A stretch of 64,000 nt of DNA, from positions 1 through 64,000 of the IMG/VR virus record IMGVR_UViG_3300044638_004201. One strand, given 5' to 3'. Source of the stretch: a virus. The position numbers and the translations under genes were made by a program. Positions 28,008 through 35,322 of this stretch are shown piece after piece. Position 1 is the stretch's first letter, and each line of letters opens with the position of its first letter. Under the pieces are notes generated by a model. That model was not told the DNA's origin. It saw only the letters and a list, made by a program, of their open reading frames with translations, and did not search any database.

Positions 28008-28145
28008 TCAACGCCTTGCTCGTCACTTAAACTTGACTTGCAGGGCGTTGTTTTTTACTTTTTGCGTCCTTGTGTGGAGTTTGGAAGGACGGCATAAGGC
28101 GTCAAAAAAGAAACCCCCTAGCAAAAACTAGGGGGCTTTCTTTAT
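28008..28145. terminator. Convergent terminators
   Basis: CAACGCCTTGC/GCAGGGCGTTG+T-tract (+); CCCCCTAG/CTAGGGGG with A-tract (-). Confidence 0.75.
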
Positions 28146-28159
28146 TCCAGAACCAGAAC

Positions 28160-28825
28160 TTAGACTGTGCTTCTGTTTTTGTGTAGAACGGGCTTGTAGG
28201 AAGAAGATTTTCCTAGTGTAGTTGTGCGGTATCCATACCGAACCAAGCGGAAAGCAAGTGCCGAAGTAGTTACTCCTAATAACTTTGCCAAGCGATAGAG
28301 AGTAACTTTTTGTTCGTTGTGTGCTTGATTGAGTAGGTAGGTGTATTCCTCAGCCTCAGCGCGAAAGCGAGGGCTGTTTGCTCTTACCTGCTGTGCGTAG
28401 GGTTGAAGTTCCTTCAGCCTTGCCAGTAGTTCAGGTGTAGGCATTACATAACGAGATTGCCCTACCTTTGGTGCGTGCTTTGGAACGGGTGGAACAAATA
28501 GCGTTGGCGGAACGCCTGTGCTAGTGTGAGAGTTTAGAATTACTCTAATCATCTGCGGAGATAATTTAGACGCTCTCGCTACGGACGCTTGTGTCCAGCC
28601 AGCACCTACTAACGCCACTACATAATCGTTTCTCATTTTTTTATCTAGTGGGCTTGTCAGCATAGAAAAAGCCACAACCACATTTTCAGGTAGTTGTAGT
28701 TTTGCTATTTTGTTCTGCCCTGCCCTGCGATAGAAAGTAGGTCTTTCTGTTCTAATTGCGTAGCGTGCCCCGTGAGCCTTTTCTAGTTGGCCGGGGTTAG
28801 TGCGGAAGTTGATTGCGGTTGTCAT
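28160..28825 (-). CDS. Double-HTH DNA-binding protein, paralog of 31115..31615
   Basis: GWTQASVARAS and VTLYRLAKLLGVT HTH segments joined by a Pro-rich linker. Confidence 0.75.
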   Translation of the reverse strand: MTTAINFRTNPGQLEKAHGARYAIRTERPTFYRRAGQNKIAKLQLPENVVVAFSMLTSPLDKKMRNDYVVALVGAGWTQASVARASKLSPQMIRVILNSHTSTGVPPTLFVPPVPKHAPKVGQSRYVMPTPELLARLKELQPYAQQVRANSPRFRAEAEEYTYLLNQAHNEQKVTLYRLAKLLGVTTSALAFRLVRYGYRTTTLGKSSSYKPVLHKNRSTV

Positions 28826-28842
28826 TTTGTCCTTTGTTTGAG

Positions 28843-29178
28843 TTAGTCAATACGGAGAAACTCACGAAGTTGTTTCGCGGTTTCATCATTGAGTCCTAGC
28901 GTTTCGCCTTCCTCACCTGTGCCACCTGTGAAGATTACATCTCCACAAATAAAGTCAGTAAGTCCGAAATACTTTTCCCATAAGAAAGTTGCCATAGGGT
29001 TGATTGGCAACCCATAAAGTTTTCCTTCTTCATTTACCCAGATTGTCAAGTCTGCGGTGAAGTCTATCGCTTGAACAAGTCCGCCTACGGCAGATTGAAG
29101 TTGCTCTAGTTGAGAACCTTCATCTGCTAGTTGGACTTCCTCTGCTTGTCCTTCAGCATTTAGTTTGATAGCAAGCAT
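28843..29178 (-). CDS. DUF3846 domain protein
   Basis: LQSAVGG.VQ...VNEEGKL.GLPIN..AT...ICGDVIF. Confidence 0.8.
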   Translation of the reverse strand: MLAIKLNAEGQAEEVQLADEGSQLEQLQSAVGGLVQAIDFTADLTIWVNEEGKLYGLPINPMATFLWEKYFGLTDFICGDVIFTGGTGEEGETLGLNDETAKQLREFLRID

Positions 29179-29239
29179 TTTATTTCCTTTCTGTTTGATA
29201 AGTGTAAGGCTAGACCATAGGAATAGCCCTTGTCAAGTT

Positions 29240-29413
29240 TTATTTATAAATTACTTTGTGCGTTGCTTTTATTGCTTTTACTACGACCCAAGAGAATAAT
29301 TTACCAATTATTTCTGCTTGCTCGTCATAACTAACAATAGGTGCTTTACGCTTTGGCTTGCGGTGTAGGCGTTTGTAAGTTCCTACTATTGCGCTATCAG
29401 GTAGTCCTCGCAT
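29240..29413 (-). CDS. 57-aa basic protein
   Basis: MRGLPDSAIVGTYKRLHRKPKRKAP...; own promoter and RBS; not in track. Confidence 0.65.
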   Translation of the reverse strand: MRGLPDSAIVGTYKRLHRKPKRKAPIVSYDEQAEIIGKLFSWVVVKAIKATHKVIYK

Positions 29414-29631
29414 TTTCTTTCCTTTCCCTTGTCTTAGTGATAATACTATGGCATAGCCTTACGCTTGTCAAGTCTTTAGGGTGTGTTTTAGGACACATTT
29501 AGTCTAGGGTTTAGAACGCTGTGTGCGGATAGTCTGCGAAAGTTGTTTGTAGAAGTAGAACCGGTTAGCCAGATTTTTACTTTTTGGCTACCTTCGCCAG
29601 AAAAAAACCCCCTTTCGGGGGCTTTTAGTTT

Positions 29632-29874
29632 TTAGACTAGGGTTAGCGAGGCTTCGCTTTCCCTTTGTCTTGATACCTGTAAGCGGTATTCAAGTCTGCT
29701 CTCTGGGCGATTTATGGCTTTTTGGCAACCTGTCCAGTCTGTGTGCGCTAGTGCCATAGTCTCTGCGCCTTTTTGTTTATGGACTAGTGCGGTGTAATCC
29801 TCGTTGCTCATAATCTCTACCGAGCAGGAATAGCAGACCTTTCCAAGTCCTACTACTTTCTTTTTGTTTTTCAT
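29632..29874 (-). CDS. Small CxxC protein
   Basis: Own promoter, RBS and terminator. Confidence 0.7.
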   Translation of the reverse strand: MKNKKKVVGLGKVCYSCSVEIMSNEDYTALVHKQKGAETMALAHTDWTGCQKAINRPESRLEYRLQVSRQRESEASLTLV

Positions 29875-30008
29875 CTTTCCCCCTTGTTTGTGCTTATAAG
29901 ATAAGCCTATGCTAGTGTCTTACGCTTGTCAAGTCTTTAGGGTGTGTTTCCTATCACATCTTTAGGGCAAAAGAAAAACCCCCCTTGCGGGGGGCTTCTC
30001 TGTAAGTT

Positions 30009-30167
30009 TTAGTTAGTTGCCCAGAAGTTTTCTACTGCGAAGTTCTCAGGCTTGGACGCCTTGCGCTTTGGCTTGCTCACCTTGCGGGCTTCCATAATCC
30101 ATAGGATGATGAGAGGTGTGTTTAGAAGTAGTGCGCCTGCGATAATCTGAAGTAGTGCTGTTGTCAT
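30009..30167 (-). CDS. 52-aa membrane peptide
   Basis: MTTALLQIIAGALLLNTPLIILWIMEARKVSKPKRKAS...; own promoter and terminator; not in track. Confidence 0.65.
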   Translation of the reverse strand: MTTALLQIIAGALLLNTPLIILWIMEARKVSKPKRKASKPENFAVENFWATN

Positions 30168-30316
30168 TTTATTTCCCCTTGTCTGTAAGCACTCTCTGTG
30201 CTTATGAGATAAGACTATGATACTGTTCCACGCTTGTCAAGCCCTAAAAGGCAGATGACTGGTCATACTTTTGGCAACAAAAAAGCCCCCTTGCGGGGGC
30301 TTCCTTGCCTAGTTTA

Positions 30317-30538
30317 TTAGACTAGAGATAGGGCTGGCTTTGGGTGGTTGAGGACAATAGCCAAGATTTCCTCAGCGTTTAGCATACGGGCTTCCTTGCC
30401 GTAGCCTTCTTCCATAACAATTACCTCAGTAATTGGTGCGGTGGTGTTGAGTAGCAAGTCTCTAACCTGTGCGGTGGTATCTACTACGAAGTTGTAGTTA
30501 TGTCCTTCAGTTGTAATGCTTACCCCGTGTTGTGTCAT
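30317..30538 (-). CDS. Hypothetical protein
   Basis: Own promoter, RBS and terminator. Confidence 0.7.
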   Translation of the reverse strand: MTQHGVSITTEGHNYNFVVDTTAQVRDLLLNTTAPITEVIVMEEGYGKEARMLNAEEILAIVLNHPKPALSLV

Positions 30539-31114
30539 TTCTTTTCCTGTCTTTTCGTGTAGCCCCTTTGACTACATACCTAACACTAGAACACGCCTAG
30601 ACTATTGTCAAGTATTGTCCTAGTCTTTGTTAGTGTTTTGTATCACACCTTTAGACAAGAGCCTAGCCCCCTTGTTATCTAATCGTTATCAAAAGCCTTG
30701 ACACTTAGCCCCCTTATGTCTAAGACACTAGCCAAGTTGTTTGTAAGTTAGTCAGCCGGAGAGATGACCAAGTGATAACACTAGACACTAGAGAAAGTTT
30801 AGAAAATAAAATAAATAATAATTGTTTGTAAGTTTTTAGAGACAAGAACGCCTCAATAAAAGTCTTATAGCCCAAATAAATAAATAAAATAATAAAAAAA
30901 GATTACCTAAGACTTCAGAACCTAAGAAAAAAATAAAAAGTTGTCTGTAGTTTATTTTTATCCGGAAACGATTTGGAAAAGTGTTAATACTATGCAGAGC
31001 CTTGTCACAGGCCAAAACCAAAATATGGAAAGGTTCATATATTCGTCTTTGTCGTCCAATGATTTTGCTGCTTTAGTCTTGTACGGCATCTAAAAAACCC
31101 TGTAGGATAGGGGT

Positions 31115-31615
31115 ATGAAGAAAAAGACAAGACTCCCAGATGATGAGGTGAGATTTTTGTCCAGTCTTCCAGATGAAATGCTTCCCCCACGCCTCCGTGC
31201 CCTTTGGGAGGCTGGCTGGTCATTGGCTGTAATTGCTAACTCACTCAAACCTGTTCGTCCTAAGTCAACAGTTCACTTCTGGGTCAAGAATGCTAAGTCA
31301 GAAGAGCAGAGAAGGCCAGTCCCACCTACCCCACCTAAATCTTTAACCTCTACCGCCCCACTAAACAATGCCCCACGCATGAGGTCTATCTCCCCAAGCG
31401 TTCCGCCAGAGTTGAGACCTCAACTCAAGCAACTTGCTGACCTCTCAAAGAGATATAGAGCAAAGACACCAAGCAATAGCCCCCTTGCGATAGCCAACAA
31501 GGAACTCACAGCGATTGCAAAAGAACTTAGAGACCGTGGCGTACCCGCTGCGGACATCGCTGAAGCCGCTGGAGTTACCTACAGAGCAATGGCAAGGCGA
31601 CTAAGCAATGTCTAG
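31115..31615 (+). CDS. Double-HTH DNA-binding protein (leaderless)
   Basis: GWSLAVIANS and VPAADIAEAAGVTYRAMARRL; TAGGAT 6 nt before ATG. Confidence 0.75.
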   Translation: MKKKTRLPDDEVRFLSSLPDEMLPPRLRALWEAGWSLAVIANSLKPVRPKSTVHFWVKNAKSEEQRRPVPPTPPKSLTSTAPLNNAPRMRSISPSVPPELRPQLKQLADLSKRYRAKTPSNSPLAIANKELTAIAKELRDRGVPAADIAEAAGVTYRAMARRLSNV

Positions 31616-31955
31616 AACCTATAAAAACACTTCTGGCACATACTCTGAAGAAGACCTTGTAGTAGCAGTCTGGTTCAACCCTAAAAAAGTAAAGTCCAGA
31701 CCTAACGCCAGACGTTTAGAGACACTTACCTCTGAAAAATCACACTACCCTATTGCTTTTCCATTAGCAACACTTCAGGAAACAGAGTCTTGGATGTATT
31801 GCCCTGTTGCTAAACAGCCTAGCGACTTAGAAACCTTTCTAACACCAGAGAAAGCAACTAGAGAGAAGCCTCTACTAGTCCCACTAACTCTTGCTAAGTC
31901 TTATCTTGGCTGGCTTGAGTTCCACATACCATCTGAATACACGGAGACTAAGTGA
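31608..31955 (+). CDS. Hypothetical protein
   Basis: Coupled ORF. Confidence 0.65.
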   Translation: MSRTYKNTSGTYSEEDLVVAVWFNPKKVKSRPNARRLETLTSEKSHYPIAFPLATLQETESWMYCPVAKQPSDLETFLTPEKATREKPLLVPLTLAKSYLGWLEFHIPSEYTETK

Positions 31956-32311
31956 GAGTACAAGCAGATGTATTTCCATCAGTAGTTGCTTTGGCAGAAC
32001 CGAATTCTTTAGAGGATTTGAGAGAGTTGATGCCCAAAGGTGCTGCCCCGAAAGGAACCAGAAGGCTTGATAGGTGTCGTGTCGTGGTTTTCAACAATAA
32101 GTTGCTTATCGCTGTAGACTCTCCGTCAGGACCTAATCTAGTGTTCCAAGAAAATATTACTTTTTATGAGAAATACGAAAAGGTACATCGAGTGATTACC
32201 GAAACAGGAAAACTTATAGCCTTCAAAAAGGATGACAACTGTGGATGCGGCTCACGCTTGCGTTCTTGGAGCCCTTATGGAAGCACTTTGATGGTTCAGG
32301 GGGATAATTGA
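31952..32311 (+). CDS. Hypothetical protein with CGCGS motif
   Basis: Coupled ORF. Confidence 0.65.
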   Translation: MRVQADVFPSVVALAEPNSLEDLRELMPKGAAPKGTRRLDRCRVVVFNNKLLIAVDSPSGPNLVFQENITFYEKYEKVHRVITETGKLIAFKKDDNCGCGSRLRSWSPYGSTLMVQGDN

Positions 32312-32601
32312 TTACAGACTTCTTCCAGTTAGCAATTGCTGGACTAGCGACCTACAGAATATCTAGGTTGATAGTTAGAGACGAGATTTTTGATAAACCC
32401 CGTAACTGGATATGGGAAAAGTTCCCTCCAGAGAGCAATAAGTTCGGGTATTTCTTTACCTGTATGTGGTGTACTAGTGTTTGGGTCGCATCATTACTTG
32501 TAATATCCCGTATCATTATTCCAGAGGCCACGCAAGTAGTTGAAATAGTCTTAGCGCTTTCTGCTATTGCTGGCTTGTTATCCGCACACGAGGATAGGTA
32601 G
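32308..32601 (+). CDS. DUF1360-like membrane protein
   Basis: LATYRISRLIVRDEIF...FTCMWCTSVW. Confidence 0.7.
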   Translation: MITDFFQLAIAGLATYRISRLIVRDEIFDKPRNWIWEKFPPESNKFGYFFTCMWCTSVWVASLLVISRIIIPEATQVVEIVLALSAIAGLLSAHEDR

Positions 32602-32637
32602 TCCTGGTGTTCCGTAACGAAGACGAGGAGTAAATCT

Positions 32638-34407
32638 GTGGGCGTATTCAAACGCGAAGAACCATCCAGTGAACCTGTTCGTCCTGCCGTTCCCAAGAAA
32701 GCATCCTCGCCTAAAAAGGGTAAATCAAAATCTACTACTCGCTCTACACAATTAGTTGCTCGTCGTAGTTCTTCTAAAGTTTCTGGACCTGCCTCAGTAT
32801 TTTTATCATCACCTGCATCTTCTGTTGCATATTCAACTCCACGTTCTTTAACTGCTGCCGCAGTTCAAATCAAAATTAATGATAAAGGCGAGTTTGAACA
32901 ATTTAGACAACGTCGCGCCGCTGGTTCATCAGCATGGCAAGCAGAAGCATGGGAATACTACGACGCAATCGGTGAAGTGAAGTATGCCTTCAACCTTGTT
33001 GCATCAGTTGTTTCACGAATTAGAATTTATGCAGCGGTTGTAGAGAACGCATCTGAGTCCCCAACATCTGTACGCAATGCACGAATTATTGATCCACGTC
33101 TTGCTGCTGCCGCAGAAAGAGCACTTGCTCGTTTAGATTCTGCATACGGCGGACAAGCAGGACTTCTTAAGGATGCAGCACTTAATCTTTCAGTTGCTGG
33201 TGAATGTTATTTAGTTCAGATGCCAGAGAAAAAGGGATCAGGCGTTCCTGAATCTTGGGACATTCGTTCCGTTGATGAAATTATGGCAGATGCTCGTGGT
33301 GGATACAACGTTATTGGTCGCCGTGAACAAACAGCAGGTGGATCTATAGGAGTTAATCGTCTTGCTAATGGTGCATTCGTAGGACGCATTTGGCGTTCAC
33401 ATCCACGTTACTCAGATGAAGCAGATTCATCACTACGCGGTCTTCTAGACCTTTGCGCAGAACTTCTTTTGCTCAACAGAACATTCCGTGCAACAGCACG
33501 CTCTCGCCTAAACGCTGGCGCTCTTTACTTACCAGATGGTTTATCAGTTGCTGCACAAGGCGACCCTGACTATCCATATGATGAGGCAGACAGTGAATTA
33601 AATCCTGGCTTTACAGCAGAAGAAGCAGAAGATGAGTTTGAAGAACAACTTATTGATGCAATGACAACTCCGATTCGTGATGAAGAATCCGCATCAGCAG
33701 TTGTTCCGCTTATCATTCGTGGCCCTGCCGAACTTGGCGATGCCATTAAACAATTTAAGTTTGAGCGTTCGTTCGACCCTGCGTTGGCTCAACGTGCAGA
33801 CCGTGTTCTTGAACGTATCCTTCAAGGTTTAGATGTTCCAAAGGATGTAGTCACTGGTCTTGCCAATGTGAAATATTCGAACGCTCTACAAATTGACGAA
33901 GCACTCTACAAGGCACACATTGAACCATTGATGTTGCTCATTGCAGATGCTTTGACTATCGTCTATCTACGCCCATACCTCACTGCTCAAGGTTTCAACG
34001 CAACTGAGGTTGACAGAATTGTTGTTTGGTATGACCCAAGCGCAGTTTCAACTCGCAATGACAGAGCAATGGATGCTGACTCTGGATTTGACAGAGGAAT
34101 TATCTCTGGAGAGACATGGCGTCGTGCTCACGGCTTCTCTGCATCTGATACACCTACAGCAGAAGAAGTTGGAATCAGAATGCTCTTTGAAAAGGGAGCA
34201 ATCACACCTGAACTTACTGAAGCAATGCTTGGTGCACTAAGTCCTGAACTTATGATGAAGGTAAGAGAGGCTCAACAAGGCGCATCTGTTGCTCCGCTAC
34301 CTGAAAGTGTTGAACAACTTCTACAACAAGCAACTTCTGGAGCACCTGCGGAAGGCGGTGAACCAAATGTCGAAGACAATCAGCCAGACACCAGCACCGA
34401 AGTCTGA
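32638..34407 (+). CDS. Portal protein (actinophage cluster-B-like)
   Basis: WQAEAWEYYDAIGE, NLSVAGECYL, SRLNAG.L.LP, ASAVVPLI; position before the head genes. Confidence 0.8.
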   Translation: MGVFKREEPSSEPVRPAVPKKASSPKKGKSKSTTRSTQLVARRSSSKVSGPASVFLSSPASSVAYSTPRSLTAAAVQIKINDKGEFEQFRQRRAAGSSAWQAEAWEYYDAIGEVKYAFNLVASVVSRIRIYAAVVENASESPTSVRNARIIDPRLAAAAERALARLDSAYGGQAGLLKDAALNLSVAGECYLVQMPEKKGSGVPESWDIRSVDEIMADARGGYNVIGRREQTAGGSIGVNRLANGAFVGRIWRSHPRYSDEADSSLRGLLDLCAELLLLNRTFRATARSRLNAGALYLPDGLSVAAQGDPDYPYDEADSELNPGFTAEEAEDEFEEQLIDAMTTPIRDEESASAVVPLIIRGPAELGDAIKQFKFERSFDPALAQRADRVLERILQGLDVPKDVVTGLANVKYSNALQIDEALYKAHIEPLMLLIADALTIVYLRPYLTAQGFNATEVDRIVVWYDPSAVSTRNDRAMDADSGFDRGIISGETWRRAHGFSASDTPTAEEVGIRMLFEKGAITPELTEAMLGALSPELMMKVREAQQGASVAPLPESVEQLLQQATSGAPAEGGEPNVEDNQPDTSTEV

Positions 34408-35320
34408 TCAGATTAAAGGTTCATCAAAAAACAAAAAAGATTCTGCTAAAGGAACTAAAGAAGCACGCAAAGTAAAATTTTCAGCATCAGTTGAAGCATC
34501 TTTGAAAGAAAAAGTTTCTAAGCATAATGAAAAAGCACCATCTGGACGTAAAGCATCGCTAGGAATGCTCAAAGCGGTCTATCGCCGTGGCGCAGGAGCA
34601 TTTAGTGTCTCGCATCGTCCTGGAATGAATCGCAATCAATGGGCTATGGGTCGCGTCAATGCTTTTCTAAAACTTCTCAAGTCTGGAAAGCCTACTAACT
34701 CTGCTTACACCACTGACAATGACCTTTTACCTTCTGGACATCCTCGTTCTACTAAAAAATTTAATTCAATTACAGCAGCAGGTCTTGTTCCAGAAGAACA
34801 AGAGTTAGCAGCAGCACTTGTTGAGATTGCTACCAAGTATGGAAAGTTTAATGAAGATGAAACTGGCATATGGGCTGGCTACACATCTGCGGCAGATAAC
34901 AAAGACCAAGAAATCGGCGTTCATTGCGCCAACTGCGTTCTTTATGCTGGCGGAGACCAATGCCAAATCATTTCCCTACCTGTAGAGCCAATGGGAGTAT
35001 GTCGTTTTGCTGTTCTTCCTGATGGCGTAATCAAAAAAGAAGGAAAAACATCTATGAAAGATGTTGAAGAGTTTGCATACGAGCAAGAACTTAATATTGA
35101 ACTAAAAAATAAAGAAGATTACCTATATCCAGAAGACGCTATCCTTGCTATGGCAGAGTATTCAGGTTATGGATATGAAGCAGAAGAAGCAATTAGAGCA
35201 AGTTGGCTTCGCGGCGTAAGAAATGGCGATGACCCTTTTCTTCGTGCTTCGCTTTTAGCATCTTTGGGTCATGCAAGTCTTGATGGAGATTTATTACCAG
35301 AGTTTGAGGAAGGTATATAA
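34367..35320 (+). CDS. Head-associated protein with HiPIP-like Cys cluster
   Basis: VYRRGAGAF...WAMGRVNAF...DLLP..HPRS domain; CANC-x8-C-x12-C. Confidence 0.65.
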   Translation: MSKTISQTPAPKSDQIKGSSKNKKDSAKGTKEARKVKFSASVEASLKEKVSKHNEKAPSGRKASLGMLKAVYRRGAGAFSVSHRPGMNRNQWAMGRVNAFLKLLKSGKPTNSAYTTDNDLLPSGHPRSTKKFNSITAAGLVPEEQELAAALVEIATKYGKFNEDETGIWAGYTSAADNKDQEIGVHCANCVLYAGGDQCQIISLPVEPMGVCRFAVLPDGVIKKEGKTSMKDVEEFAYEQELNIELKNKEDYLYPEDAILAMAEYSGYGYEAEEAIRASWLRGVRNGDDPFLRASLLASLGHASLDGDLLPEFEEGI

Positions 35321-35322
35321 GA

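Larger units (their letters stand above)
6870..29587. repeat. Motif A: dispersed (GC)AAAAAGTAAAA(A), about 21 copies
   Basis: Plus strand at ~6870, 8078, 8484, 11678, 15988, 16461, 17171, 17600, 18367, 20719, 21194, 23157, 24092, 25570, 26084, 26994, 27693; minus strand at 10283, 21857, 28052, 29574; no exact core copy seen in 31-64 kb. Confidence 0.92.
29207..30611 (-). promoter_or_regulatory. Five leftward TTGACA promoters with interleaved terminators
   Basis: -35 boxes at 29231, 29466, 29927, 30235 and 30606 with TAGnnT -10; terminators at ~29603, 29973 and 30281. Confidence 0.85.
6778..30950. repeat. Motif B: dispersed CTACAAACAACTT-like, about 15 copies
   Basis: Plus strand at 6778, 8363, 10324, 18409, 21815, 23200, 24050, 24128, 27048; minus strand at 8177, 8447, 8525, 29540, 30734, 30819, 30938 (0-3 mismatches). 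Confidence 0.85.
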
